The notes under the pieces are model-generated. The model saw only the letters and a program-made list of their open reading frames with translations, ran no database searches and was not told the origin of the DNA. A DNA stretch of 54,794 nt from Catajapyx aquilonaris. Taxonomy: Eukaryota. Positions 37,423-52,114 of this stretch are shown here, piece by piece. Both the position numbers and the translations under genes were made by a program. Position 1 is the first letter of the stretch; every line of letters starts with the position of its first letter. The DNA lies in contig JYFJ02000115.1 of NCBI GenBank assembly GCA_000934665.2, forward strand, positions 124,001 to 178,794. Reading direction: 5' to 3'.

Positions 37423-40400
37423 CTGCAGAAGCACAAACGCAATAACCAAACCCCATTAAAAAGCACTCCACATTTTTCATTGGAATGACACAGGAGCCAA
37501 TTTTGCATAGAATGCGCAACTGTTGTGTATTAGTTTTAAGTATTCATTTTTAAAATCAATAACGAGACTTCGCATGGGATGAGTAAAAGATGAGAAACAC
37601 TTCGGTTCAAAAGCGCGGTACGGATATGCGACTACTGGGATTACCCGAGCAAGACAGTGTTAAATAACTAAAGACCTGGTCAAATTGCCATCGTTAAATT
37701 TAAGTACGTTGTACTGTACCGCAACCAGCAGGAATAAATGTGAATTGTCTCGTTCCTTCTCCCAATTTCCTCCATATACCCGCCGCCTTGCCTTAAACGC
37801 CGCAGTCAACGACCTTTCGCGAATTTAAGTGAGAATCACCTTGTTTTGTGACAACAACCCCCCTTCCTTTAAGGGAAGCTCTCGACCTGTAGACATGTCG
37901 CTGAAATTGTCTGGGACGTAACGGGTATTCCCTGCAGCAGTTATGAGTTGACGAGGGGGGCTTAGCATGTAATCTGGGTCGGGCATCGTCCCAGCAGCCT
38001 GGCTTCCAAAACTGACGAAGAATGATATGACTTGACGCACACTTTTGACCCCTACAGGGTGAGCCAATCACCTTGTGTATGTGTGGATGCCCAAATCTTA
38101 CTCCCATTCGCACATTTAGCTTCTCTCAGCAATGCAGTGTTGGAGATGTAGACCGACTTCGCCGGCCACAAGCGAATAGTACTACTTAGCTGTATCGGTT
38201 TCGAGAGCCCGATTCACCCTGTAGACACACATCTGCCGGTGCTTCCACTTTTGGAACGGCCTTCCGTCTCTTTATGCCTTCCGTCCCTTCCATAAACACA
38301 CAATATGAAGGAAGGGATGGTGTTACAAAAATAACACGGTTCCGAGTAATAACTGGCATCCGGCCACCTATTAACTTTGTTATCTTGACTATATGCAATT
38401 ACTACCCTTGCTGAATGGCAGGCGTTTGTTGCATTGCGGCACGCCTGGCTTGTTGGCCCGGCTCAATATATGCTCACTATGGATATATGTGATTACATAA
38501 CTGCTCCCGCCAGTTAAATATTCATTTTTATGTGGCGATAGGCCATGACGTGCATTTTTTTTCCTGAGGTGATGCTGTCGAGAGACCTCAGCATGATCGC
38601 GCTGAATTCTCCAATAACTAATCATGTAAATTTCCTGGTGATGACCTCCGACCTTACAGAACCACAAAAATTCGTGAAAATCCTCCGCATACTTGGCAAC
38701 TTGTCCTTGCAGTACATTTTCCATCCGATTTTAAAGCGGATTTCGGTATATCGATATCCCTTCTGCAATGCAAGGGAAGGTTGCCTCTAGGCGATTCTGA
38801 ATATTTCAATCCCGCAGAGAGTTCCGATCAAGGCGAGCAATCAAAGAATTGAGTTATTAAATGTTCAGCTGGTTGCAGTGGAAGGGGTGCCTCCAGGGAA
38901 TCGGTGGGTTATTTCGAGTTTCAGGTTACCACATTGATCACCTATACACTACACAGGCTGCTGAATAATTAGGGCAGGCGGAGGATGCGAGAAAAAGGTG
39001 GTGAAAGGGATTATTTAGCCGGTTCCAAATTTAACATGCTCATTGCCACTGTTGAATTTAGGCGGAATTCGGGTTCCTTTCGAAGCACCCTCTTACATAT
39101 AGGACCAGTTTTGAGTTGTATCGATTGTGCAACCCCCAGAGGCCCCCACCCCCCGTACACCCTTTCTGTAACTCAATTTACACCTGACACGACTCTAAAA
39201 CCTTGTCACCTGGATTTAATAAGATCATTTTCGTCGGGGTTCTAATTCGCAGCGAAAACACAAAGCGAACCCTCCAGGGAATCCCTGCAGGAAGCGAACT
39301 AGGAAAAGCAAGTGAGCCCACCAGACGTCCAATCATTACGCGATTAACGAGAAGGTCACTACTAATTAGATCTTAATTAAAGTTCCCAGGCGACCTTGTG
39401 CTCACAGCGGGCTCCTCTTTCAAGTTCAGGGCGCTTTTCTTACAGATCGAAGTTTCTTATCAAAGCAACTAGTCCGGAGATTCCAAAATATTTTTCTCGG
39501 GATTTTTTTTCTAACGCGTCATGACTGCCATTTTTTTGCGTCTCTGACGTCATTCTCACCATAGCGCCAGGGTGCGTCAAAAATATTTCAGAATTTCATG
39601 CTTGACATGCCGCTGCAGGAGCTCGCCGGAGAAAAATACGTGCCATGTCACAAATCACGCTTTTAATTGCGACGTGAAATCATGTGCATAAAACCGTCGT
39701 CACCTTTGTTCAGGTCATTAAATAATTTATGACCTAATCCCCTCCCCCCTGTCTCCCCCCCCCCTCCTCATTTGATGGAAATGGGGGATGTTGGCTTGAA
39801 TTAATGACACCGCTCTTATAGCAATGGCCGTAGTGGCGTAGTACGTAGGCATCCTTGAGATTCCTTGCGGATATTGGAGCCTGAGATATGCTCGAAATTG
39901 AGATGAGACCACCTATTTTTCCCTAAAGGGTAGGAAGGAGGGCTAATGAAGCTGACCACAGTTGACTCTCCCCCCAAAAACGCGGGAGTTGTGACAGATG
40001 CATGCAACGTGCCTCCAAAACTTCTCCGCGCAAAAATCTCTGGCCGGTATTATTATCATCATCGGAATGAGAGTTATCTTTCCATTTGGCAGATCAGTCA
40101 TAATGACAGGGTTTAATTAAGACGCTAAGGCAAAAAAAAAATAACTTCTCTTATCTGTTATAAAAATGTGGAGCATCCTTCAAGCAGGGTCAGCACTTGA
40201 GCAACTCGTTTGGTTGATTACTTGGCCCCCTTCATCCCTCCCCCGCAGATTCTAAGGGTTTCCTTTCTCCTGGGAGATGCCTCCAATAATGATGATTTGG
40301 GTTACTCTCAGCGATGAAATACCGCCTATGTAGTGTTTTTGGAGGTGTTTCAGCGATGTTTTTATTATTACCATTTGTTCGCATTTTCTCATTTTTAAAA

Positions 40401-43268
40401 GGTAAATCGAAAAGTGAAATGTCGCACAATGGAGCTTCCGGTTCGTAAAAAGATTCCTACATGTGCTGTACAAGATTATTATCTCCGGTAACTTGCATTG
40501 TCGCTGATTAAATTGGCGCATTCTTTTCAGCTTCAATCGTAAGTTGCCCATCATCCAGTCTCTGCCATGCTTTAGACGCTACATAGCTCTCTTCCAAATG
40601 TAGGTTTCGCGATCTATCATAATTATTTAGAGCACACGACTCGAGATCTTTGGAGGATGTTGCCTGGTGAAGGGTGGTGGGTGGGAGGATGTATATAGGT
40701 TCGAGATGAAAGGTATCCGGGAAGCGAAGCCCCGTAGGCTTAGACCGGAACCACGAAAATAACTTGGGCTATCGATCGCTGGATGCTGCAGGTGACTGAC
40801 GTGAGACGTAGTTACCCATATATGCACGCGTCAAACCCACCCACCCACCTGCCAAACCTATACGTATATACTGGAAAACTGGGCACTGTTCATCTACACA
40901 GCTACCTGTTGCTCTCACACGGCATATATATGTAGGGAGGGAGGCAGCAGGGGAGGGGGTGGTCCCAGCTGAATTGTTTGCACGTGGATTGCTCTGGCTC
41001 TTTGAACGGGGTTGGAAGAAGGGATTGACAAAGGAAGGTTTAACCCCCCCCCCCCACCCATGCCACCTCACCCCTTCCCTCCAGGGCTGGTTTTTCGAAC
41101 TGGAAGTACGTCGTTGTACCAAATGAAACTGCGTAGCTGGAGATCTATTGTTCACCGTTTCTTTCAGGACCAGTCGACAAGCAGCTATGATTTGTTAGCT
41201 ATATAGGAACCAGCCGCAGCCGTTGGATACGGGGGCACGGAAATGCGCAATACCCCCAATTGCGAGTATGGGTTGTGACGAGCAATGCAGGTTGCCTATA
41301 GGCTAGGATGAGAGCAATCATTTCCTTCCGTGCACCTTATTAGGCACGACGAATATTTTTTCTTCCTTCGACACGAGTCTCTTTTTTTTTTGCACCTTTT
41401 GTGAAACGGTTGTCAGGGGGAGCTACACTTACGTCACCGTCGAGAGAGAGCCTTAATGATCAGATCGAAATACGCCGCTTGGGAACAGCTTCCTGTTTCC
41501 TCAAATGGAGCAGGTAACTTAGACTACATGTGAGATTCTGGAGTCTATAATGAAAATGATTGGAAACCTAACCTGATCGGCTGAAGAACACCCTTGACAA
41601 TTCTAATATTAATGATTCTAATCAGCCACTCGTTTGGTGTGATTTGGTTCTTAGAATGTAACATTATGCATAGGTAAATGCGACGTCATATATTTAGAGG
41701 TGACTTGCCGCATCATATGAAAGTTAAGTGATTATTATGTAGTGTAAAAGAACTAACTCGCAATTTTTGCTGGATATACTTACTATAAACAGTGCATGGG
41801 ATGGTACAAAAGTGATCGATCGAGATTGTTTTCAGATTTTGATGACAAAATGATTTATCATATTTTCCATGTTAAATTATAGCAATAATCGTGCGCCACC
41901 TTTTGGTTACCGGCGCGAATGGTATAGAATCTTTTAAAATTGTTTATTTTTTCCACATTTTCCTTCCGCCCCTTACAACTTTATGTACGGTCGGTGGGAG
42001 GGGGTTTTCACTCCCTTTATCCTTCTCGTAGGATACTGTTGGGCAGCTATAGTCAAATGCTATTTTTTCTGCTACTAGAATTACAAAAGGTTTACTAAGA
42101 GCATACTTGTCGATATTATTTTATCAAACAGCCTTTATGATCTGGATGTGGGGTACAGTTGCTGTAGAATTCCTGAACTGCTGTTTGACACATTGGATAA
42201 AAGTATAGGTTGGGGGTAGCCCCGAACTCGTATAATTATGTATGTACCAATTATTATTGCTGGTAAGATGCAAATGATATGGCACTAGTCTAATTGCCTT
42301 CGTAGTTACAAATATGACATTTTATGTACAGCCCATTCGGAGTGGATGTAGATACAGTAATAGGAAACCAGCGGGTTGTATACTGTATGTGGAAAATGAT
42401 TGGGGGTGCTCTTCGGCTCCAATGGTGTTGACATATCGTATTCTAGTTCGTTGATTGTGCATAGCTGTTAAATGTTTCATATGAATATATTCCGTCAATA
42501 TATTGGTTAATTGAAGGGTTTCTCGGACAAGCCCCATAATCATAAAATTTGAAAAAATTAGTTAAGGGTATAGTATTACATACTTTCGGAAGCCCTCCAT
42601 CCAATGCTTATCTCATATTTCTGAAAAAACTGCTGTCGTTAGAGATATTGAAGGGAAAAATCAGATCCTTCCAACCTTTTCCAACACCCCCCCCCCCCCC
42701 ACATGTCAAGTGTGATTTCCCGGAAGAATCCCACATATGAGTGGTGACATGTGAGATTTTTCACGGAATGATAGGATTACAATGCTTCAGGAGTATCTGG
42801 TAAAACATGGTATGTCCCCCAAATGATCTAAGCACCACCCCAGGACAACCCTGGCTCATGTCGTTGATGTCCATCATCATGAAACATCATGTTAAGTCCT
42901 TCAAGGCTAGACAATCTCACTGCTCGCGCAAGAAAAATTCACATATGTATATTACCTTTCTGAAAGGCTTCTGTCAAAATTGTTGTCACTTGACATAAAT
43001 TATGGGATTCTTCCGAGAAACGTTTCAATTGTGTAACCCTTCAATTGTGTAACCCAGTTGTACCTGATGGGACATTGTTAAGTGAAACTTTAAGGGCGTT
43101 CATAACTATTCTGCTGGGGAAGGCAGTCGGTCTCATTACGAATGGTAGAAATGTGCTGGTTACGCCTCCTCCAAAGCACCGACAAAGTAGCCGACAGAAC
43201 CGATCGGAATGCTACTCCGTGTCATTCATATAATGAGATTGTAGAACCACACACCAAGAAGCTTTTAC

Positions 43269-43513
43269 AATTGAGTGGGTCAGAATAATAATGGCATATC
43301 CCACCCAAGGGTCGAATTTGAGTTTTTGGTGGCTGTGATAGCAAAATACATCAATGAATCAGTTCCATAAGTTGGAGCCAGCTTGGAGCCATACCTTTCT
43401 ATTAAATCCACATTTACATTGATATGACTACATTAAAAAGTATTATTCTGCACACATTTAAACCTCGACTTTTGTGATTGGGATATTCCGTTATTATTCT
43501 GACCCACTCAATT
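43269..43513. mobile_element. MITE, ~245 bp, ~35-bp TIRs
   Basis: aattgagtgggtcagaataataatggcatatccca at the left end is mirrored by tgggatattccgttattattctgacccactcaatt at the right end. Confidence 0.8.
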
Positions 43514-46500
43514 ATTTCTTATAATCCATGAGAACGTGTCGAAAATCCCCGGGAATACTTTTCTCAAATATAATACCGGCATTAGAAAAAATGACAGAAA
43601 AATATTCTTCCGCCTGCATTTCAATTAAATTTCAAAGTTTGTGTGCCTGACATAAAAATTGCAAAAGAATCAAAGTGCGAATTATGTGCGCAAATTTTTG
43701 ATCATTCTGCATTTTATTGTTCAGCTCTTGCATACTTGGCACGAGCAGCAGAAAACTCACTCTGAATTTCCCAAAAGCGAAGTAAGCAGCTACGAACAAG
43801 AGTGTATGAATTTTGATGTAATGTCGCTTGGTAATTCTGTATAACTCTGCCATGAAAATCCACATTTGGATTTTTTGCGAGTCTGAATGATGAATTCAAG
43901 TTTACTCCTCACCTTGCTTTTGACGTCGAGACTTGTCAGCCGGATGGCTTTCAGAAGCAGTAAACATAGATCCCTTTTAGAATGCTAATAAAGCAGCCGG
44001 CAGCACTCTTGGCTCTAAAGAGGAAACATGTGCGGAATATATATTCCATTTGGTTGCCAACCGCGGACGGTCTCTTCGACTCGAAAAAAAAGTGCAGAAA
44101 AAATTGAGACAGGTTTTTTTGGGAGGGGGGGCGGGAGAGGTCTGGATTCTACAGTTTCGACCTGACATTTTGCAAACCTTTGCACCCAAGTAAATTGATG
44201 GGGACTGTGTCGCCGGATAAGCAGGGTTTGTATTTTTGAGTTGACCCCGCAGCAAGGTCACGTCTGGGGTCTCATTGCAATCGAAGTGTTCCCGATATTG
44301 ATTCCTCGTGCCTTTTTTTCCCACTCCTTTGCTGGTGTCGGGAACTTCAAATTGGAACTCTCCTGCAAAGTTTTACCCCCTTTTTTTGCTGGGTAGGATG
44401 GGGCTGATGGCATATCTCACCTCTCACCACGTCCGAATCCGCAAATGACTCCTGGCAATATGGGCGAAGAACATGCTTTTACTCTTCTGTGTATTTAGGA
44501 AGCTCTCGTTACCAGGAATTCCTTCGATTTTTGTGACAGTGCCCCTTTTCATGTGCCGTATCAACTAGTACACGAAGCCAGAACAGACTGTGTACTATTA
44601 CTATTGTGAAAAAAGTATATTATAATTTATTATCACTGTAGCTGACTGTAGTTTCATTAATTATCCAGTAAAGTTACGGAGAAAATGCAAGTAGGTCTAT
44701 ATGTAATCATTAAAGTGTTACTAACCAAACTACATGTAGTACAGTGCGGTACTGCCCAAGTTCCTCTTAGTCAAGAGAGTAGTCATATGAATACTGTAGT
44801 TGACCTCATCATCAGCAAGTTTAAAGAGCCTGTGAAATAAGCAGCAACATACGATGTGAATATTTCCCTGATTGTTGCTTTATACTCAAATGTTTCTTAG
44901 AGTAAACAAAATATAGCGGTAACTCCCAGCACTTTATTGAACTGATGATTTGCACAGTTCAGCATCACCTCATCTTTATTTATTTATTCTTTCACATATA
45001 ATATCCCGTTGGGTGCGTCTGGATATGTGTACTTCAGGACAATAAGACAAGCCATTTAGCAGCCAGGAAAAGTTACTTAGTTATAACAGTCATGCGTTAC
45101 ATATTAACTCATTTAGATACATATAGTTGCACCAGCCGGAAAATTGAACATAATTATTCTCTCGGATAATAGAGTGCTAATTGAACAATACTGAAATATT
45201 AATTTAAGTTCTTGCTTTATATTACTGGACACCATTGGCTCTTTCGCTGGAGGCAAAGCAGTAATATTTCTTTGCTGTTGACGTTTGAAAATGCCAATAA
45301 CTGGAGTTAACGTGCATAAACATCAGGTGACAAAGTGTCTCCTTCCAAATTGCTATAATAATCTTGCTATAAACTGACATTTCTCTGGCAGCCTGCAGAG
45401 AAGCCTTTTAAGAGTGGTAATAAACTCGCATTGTTGCCCAATAATCCTCAAAGCCATATACCTGCGTGCTAAACCCGTTGCGGATGAAGAACTTGATAGT
45501 TTTCCTCTTGGAAACGTCACTATTATCTCCACTAATTGCACTCCATTCACTCCGCAAGTCAGACCCCGGGGTCTTATAGTTTCCATGTTGTGTAAGGGAA
45601 TTATGCAAAGTTTGCCGGTATCAGAACTGCTCAGCGTTCCGCGTACTATTAGGCAGGGGACACAGCAACGTCGTTTACAAACAAGCAGTATAATTATTAC
45701 ATATAGCTAGTTGTGCGACGAAAGTGTTTTATCACATCATATAATTTTTATAGTCATATACGCAGCACCGATTTATATTTCGCAAGGGTTTGAACATGAC
45801 TTTATTAAATGAGACTCTCTGCTCGAGAAGGGAGGAATTTTGTGCGTAATTTGAAAGCAATAAAGGGCGCTGAAGTCACAAATTTCAATTTTGTGGGTTT
45901 AGGAAAAGTGGAGTATAAGGAGGAATGGGGGGTGGAAGGGGGGGGGGGGGNGGCGATGATGGACCAGAAAGGAAGCTACAATACATATCCCTTCTACACC
46001 CCCGTTTCCCTTCCATTCCCATCCAACCCACCCCCACCATCCTCGAAGCCAGGAGCCTCAATCCTCTATAGTCCCTGCTGAATCCAGGGATCGATAGAAA
46101 GAAGAGGTGGATCTGGACCCATGTTGGCAAAAGGGTCTCCGCTTAACTTGCTCTCCAGATTCGTCTTTGCCAATTTCTCTCTTCGCAAGGTTTTTCTTTG
46201 CCAGTATATTTATAGAATAGCAGCAAGAGACACATCTGTATAGTTTTCAGCAACTGTTATCGACATTTCTGCAAACCACTGTCACATGCGGGTGAATTTA
46301 TAAGGGCTAAGTATCCCTGTAAGCTTTGTTTTTAGCAGAGGTTAGCAGCGGTTGACTCAAGTCCGTGCAAACAGTTGACTCAACGCTTGGGTATTTGTTC
46401 CAACTCTCCTCAAGTCCTGGGCGCGACCCCCCACTCCAGAAGATACACATCGTACTTAACGGCCGCCGCTTGCAATGTCTACATCGGAATAGTAATTTTA

Positions 46501-49500
46501 TAAAGAATAATGACTGACAAAAGAATGACCCACTCCTTGATCCCGTCTCGATCCGATGCGGTGCCAGACAATAATCCTGCAGCAAAACCTGTTGCTTCCA
46601 AGTACGCAGAGTCACGTCACGTTTTTTTTTGAGCAGTGCAGAAACAGTGAAACATCTTCCATAATATGCAAGTTGCAGATAATGAAAGCACTTTTGAAAA
46701 CACTGTAGTTTGATGCATGGTTAGCCAAGTGTTGTAACTTGTAAGCTACTCTTTGTTGCTTTGTGTAGCAAGGTTTACAAAAGCTTAATTGAATAACTTT
46801 TGTTGTGAAACCCCCTGGAGACAACATAATACATGAAATCGATAAATTGCAGTTTTTTTTGTAATTTAAGCTTAATAATTTACTCGTAGCGCTATACTGT
46901 CACTAGCATTAGTAACAGAAATGTTGCGCATACCAGTAATACACGAGTATACACGTATTGGTAGGTTCCCATCATATTAGTAGAAAAGTTTCTCCCAGAA
47001 GCTGCTGAGGTACGAACTTGCGGTCTGAAGTAAAAGAAAAATAATGTTCATTTTTCAACATGGTTTTTGCCTAGTGCGGTCTCTCCGTGTATTAAACAGA
47101 TTATGGAAGAAGCTTGGTTACTAGGAAAAACGGATATTGCTCAGCTCGAAACAAAATTGATTTATCTTGCTCACCGTACGTCTCGTATCTTAGGACACTA
47201 AGATTTTAGGAATAAAACGTGCTCCCAATGAAATTATGGCGAGTTTCAGAGAGCGGAAGCACTCTGCGAATCCGTAAAAATGTTGCAAACTTAGTTTTTT
47301 TAACGCATCGGTTCTATACTGTATGTAACATAGACGTAGAAGCCTTGGATTTGAGTTACAGTATAAACTTAATAAATTCTTATTTAATATTGTTTGAATG
47401 GCTCAATGGCACTCATGTTGGAACTAATATGTTTACCTGTTTCGTTAAGGTTTGTTAAATCTCAATAACACAAAACTATGTAAAAGAGAAAACACTGTCT
47501 TTGAATAAGTACTGTACAAATCTTATATAAATCCGGTTTAAAATTTCTCACATCTCCTAAACCACAATGGCATACATAAAATATTATCCACGCCAAATGT
47601 TTATGCAACATTGGCATAAGCTTTCAATAAAACACTAATTTATATCCTGCTTACGCTTATGAAATCGTTTTAAATGTCAAGTACAGCCTATAGCGGACTT
47701 AGAGGAAAGGTGTGAATAAATCTTCGTTCACGTTAGAAGTTCTAATGCGATGTCATAATTATTTTTAAGCGTTATTCCAGAAATATGCGATACAGTATTG
47801 ATATAAACGGTTAGATGATATATACGGTCACATGATTCATACCACAGAAAGCTGGTGTGTAGTACAGAATTCCAGATGGTGGCATGTGGAAGCGAAGTGT
47901 TGCCTGCATTGTACCTGCATGATCCACACGTTGTACGGTGTACGGCCTTGATTCTCGTGCAAATTAATTCCACACCTAGCTAATTAATTCCGGGAGTTAC
48001 TGCCTCTTACCGCTGCTTCCTCCAATGAATAATTCAACTGCGACGTAACAAATATGACGATATTGTGTACGTGTTGCCGGATATCTATTTTGCATTTTGC
48101 ACTGCATCGGAGTTTTATGCACAGTACATTTCCTACATAGCAGCTTCCACCCCCCACTTCCTCCGGTCTTTCCATGTTCCCAAAAGCGTTTTACCCCGAT
48201 CGAGTCGCGTCACATTCGCTCTGAACGTGTCCCCCTGGGTCTAAACACAGGCACTATCAGACTATATTTTCCGGCCCCTTCCTAACCAGGTTACTTCAAA
48301 CCCAGTATGAGAAGGAAACTTCTGCGGGAAAGAAAATGTTTCTGGAGAGACGTCCAATACCCTAAAAGCTGGAAAGAGCAGAAAAAAATGACGACGTAAG
48401 AGTTCAAACTACCCTCCGCCCAAATAGTTTTGTCGATGCTATGACAGGTTACGTAATGATTAAACTGACAGTAGAAGTAGAATAATAATATACTGACTAA
48501 TGAAGCTATAGAAATTGAGATATCCTTCAAATTTTTAGTAGCACCTGAAATACATTCATTTTCCTCATGACTAGTACATTTGTAGGTTACCACTTCTTCA
48601 TGTAAACAGTGTTAGAGTTAAATGTGAGCTGGATTGAGGAGAGAAACCATTTGTTGAATATGGGAGGAATCCAATCACAAGGCCCGGCCCCAAGCGGTGC
48701 GACCTTGACCGTCAAAAACCCGGGCCAAGACATATCTCGCTGAATCTGTGGCGCACATTAATCATTCGATATGTCAACGTCGACGTATTCGGGCCATGCA
48801 CGCCACTTTTAATAACAATAAATAGTGAAGTGACCGGCCTGCCACAAGAGGTTGACTTATGCAAATGAAATGCAGTGTCAACCTCGCAAATGAATTTGTG
48901 GCTAGAGCCAAGTGGCTTCAGCATTTCCCTCCCACCCCACCATATAAAGCAGCATTATGACCGGCTGAATGGGGTTAAAGAGGACCATTTGGGGAAATGG
49001 ATGTGGTCATCGGGTCGGAGGCCGAACGGGTTTTAAGCATGGAGTGCGTCTAATGAGGATCGCCAATGAAATTTGGTCAGCATTCCTAATTGGACCTGTG
49101 GGGGTGGGCTAGAAAACGCTGACTGAAGCGATGGATTGAGTCAGCAAAGGAGCTAAGTGAATGTACACAAAAGGCTGTAGTATGTGGTCAGCCTCGGATA
49201 TGTGTTGTTGGCAACCACTGTCGCGATTACGCGACAGTCGAGGCATTCTTGTCTCCATTACTGATACTTTAAAAGGGGTGTTACTGATACTAGCAGCCAT
49301 CCGTTTCGAAGCTCGAAATCTTCAAGCAGGAATGTGCTAAAAAATATATTCATCTTCTTATACTGGGATAAGGTAATAGCATGCATATTATGATGTGAAT
49401 ACATTTTTTGCATTCCGTTTTTAGCTCCTAGCCAGCATTTCTTTATCGGTGCAAGGAAATTCCATCATATGTCTCATCAGTTTGAAAAATATTTTTAAAA

Positions 49501-50169
49501 TTCGCAATCAATTTGTTGATTGGCAGATATAAAATTCGTCCGTATAGAGGAGCAAACATAAATGAAACAGTATCTACATATGTGCGAAGCAAATTTTTGA
49601 CGATTTCCACAACTTACCTCCACAACCGCAACCGAACGACGACGGTCCCGTCAGAAATCTGGTCACGTTGCGTAACGCGCGCACAATGACCACACAGCAC
49701 ATATACACCTGTCACGTGGCTTCGTACTTATGGGATGAAAGAGAGATCCTCCTGCAGATCACCCTGTGCCCAAGGAGCCCACCCTTTCCCGGCTGGGTTT
49801 TCCGGGAAAATGAGCCGGTCGCAGCCTCCCCTCTCCGGAACAACGTGACTCGGACGCCGGGCTTGGAAATAAGGGCGTAAGCACAACGTCGGAAGATATT
49901 GTTGACGCGCTGGTTGTGACGCGGAAGGTGACGTCTGGCGAACCACTCATACTTGCACATTCATTGAGGACTATTATTGCCCGGAAGAATTATGCTGCAC
50001 GCAGCTGCACGTCACGGATGACACCTTAACAATATAGTGACACTAACATGAGCACTCATCCAGTAAAATTAATGTTACGCTACAAAATAGACATTACACA
50101 CATCGTACGTTTGGCTTAGCAATCATTACAACTTCATTGGTGCAACCTGTCATTATAAGACTAAACATT

Positions 50170-50420
50170 TGAATGGGTTAGTGCCATAACGTGCTAAGCC
50201 ACAAAACCTTCATTCTGAGATATGGGCTTTCAAAAGTTTGGCTTAATATGGCAAATCATACAAAACAAGGAACATTATTCGTGATTTTCTCGTGATCTAT
50301 GGGGAATTTTTCTAACTACGTGATGCCCACTTGTGAAGCACGATGGTGGGACTTTCAGACACGTGCAAGCTCAAAAAACACAAAAGTGTGGCTTAGCACG
50401 TTATGGCACTAACCCCTTCA
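50170..50420. mobile_element. MITE, ~250 bp, ~33-bp TIRs
   Basis: tgaatgggttagtgccataacgtgctaagccaca at the left end is mirrored by tgtggcttagcacgttatggcactaaccccttca at the right end. Confidence 0.82.
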
Positions 50421-52114
50421 TTTAATGCATCGTACTTGCAGGTTTGCCCTCTTTGCATCTGCAGGCCTGTTATTTGTAGGGAACTACAACAGTATAGATA
50501 TGGGATCTGAAGAAAGAAATCCTAGAATCTGCCATTGGCTGTTTTGGATCATGCTGCGCCAACAGGTTACCTCATTACCTGTTAGCAGCTCCTCCAGCAT
50601 ATAGGCATTTTAGGCAGATTCCGACTCCATTCTTCTTTCTGAAATCTGCAGCAGCCACCAGGGTTTATGCACAGGGGCTGGATTCACCAAAAGTGATCTG
50701 CTGTGCAAAAAAATTTGGCGTAGTATCTGGTCTTAACCACATTGTTTTAGGCCCAGAACTCTTCTACAACAAAACTTAGGGGAGGAAAAATCAGCTCCAT
50801 CAGGTTTTGAACCCAGTTTTCGCAAGCCCCTTTCTCGTTAGGCCACATCTGGGCCACATCCAATGACAGTCATGGATCAACTCATATATTGCTTTGTGAC
50901 TTGGGAGATTTTGTGACAAATTCCTCTTCGCGCTGGTTAGTTCATCCTGACTATTCAGGGCAAACCTTCTGCCTTTCTTGCCTGGCGGGTCAGTCTAACT
51001 TTCAGGATAAGCCAAAACTGGCATGCGGCTTACGATTGTAATGTGTGTACTGCTGTAGAAAAATACAAAGTCCAAACAGTTCTTACGGTCCAATCTGTCG
51101 AGCGTCCATTAGGGGATTGCTCTAAAGGTCATAGATCCAGAGGTAATAATGAGCGTACCTATTGGCGGCACATGATGCCGTATTAGAAAGTCTGTAATCG
51201 TATTTCACAGCAGCAGCAGCAGGCCCTTTTCGTGACGGGACTGCGATGGCAATGCGGGATCATATTTATGGGGGGGATAGGAGGGAGGGAGGAGGAGGGG
51301 TAGGAGTATCGGTAATCGAACTCGAGCGCCGATTGGACAGAAACTCAGTTCAGAATCGGAGTGATAATTAACCCTAACCTGATCACTTTCTACGCAACGC
51401 GACAGATTCTTAATCGAGTTAGGGTTTCGTTAGGGTACTCGCAAAGGGCACTTGACCTATTGGGCTACCGAAAGAGAAATTGTTAAGGCGAAAACAGGTT
51501 TAAAAAAACTTATGAAGAGCACTGTCTTTAAACATTATTTTAAAATGTGTGCACTGGAACACTATATATCTTGATTATGTGTTCATGTAGGACTATAGTA
51601 CTCGAAAATAAAATTACCCTTTCCCTCGGCTGTGGCGGTCGAGTGTAGATGTTGAGTTTCTATTCCGCGGAGTAACCTTTGGGTACTACGTAGTGTAGTT
51701 TTTATGGTGACTGGAGGAGAGGAGGGTTGAGAGTCCGAGGCACATGATATTTATTAATGCTGGGTAAGGTCCAGATGGGAAATCGATCTAATTGGTAGGA
51801 TGGAGCGGGGATGGGCGGTAAAGGCGGTTTGATGCCGTCGTTTATCCAGGAGACATGTCGAGCAACGCCTGACCTGGGGTTGATCAGGACATACGAGCCG
51901 GAGAGCACGTGACCTTCATGCCACGAGCCACTTTATGGCGTCATAATGCCTAGGAGCACATTTATACTTGTACTGCCAGAAAAGGAGAAGGGTCACGACC
52001 TTACCAGTCATTAAACAACTGTCAAAATATAAAATAAAGTTATGATTGAGTACACAACATGGCTCGTGTCATCTTAGGAATTTTATTACTGTCGCCCGAT
52101 AGCCAGTTGGCGCG

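Noticed and set aside
37793..38790. Cluster of 70-111 aa ORFs
   Set aside because: No splice-consistent gene model or recognisable motif.
50440..51000. Coding-like minus-strand stretch (..NVVKTRYYAKFF..AYMLEELLTG..)
   Set aside because: Interrupted by stops in the frames I read and I cannot assign a family; needs a frameshift-aware blastx.
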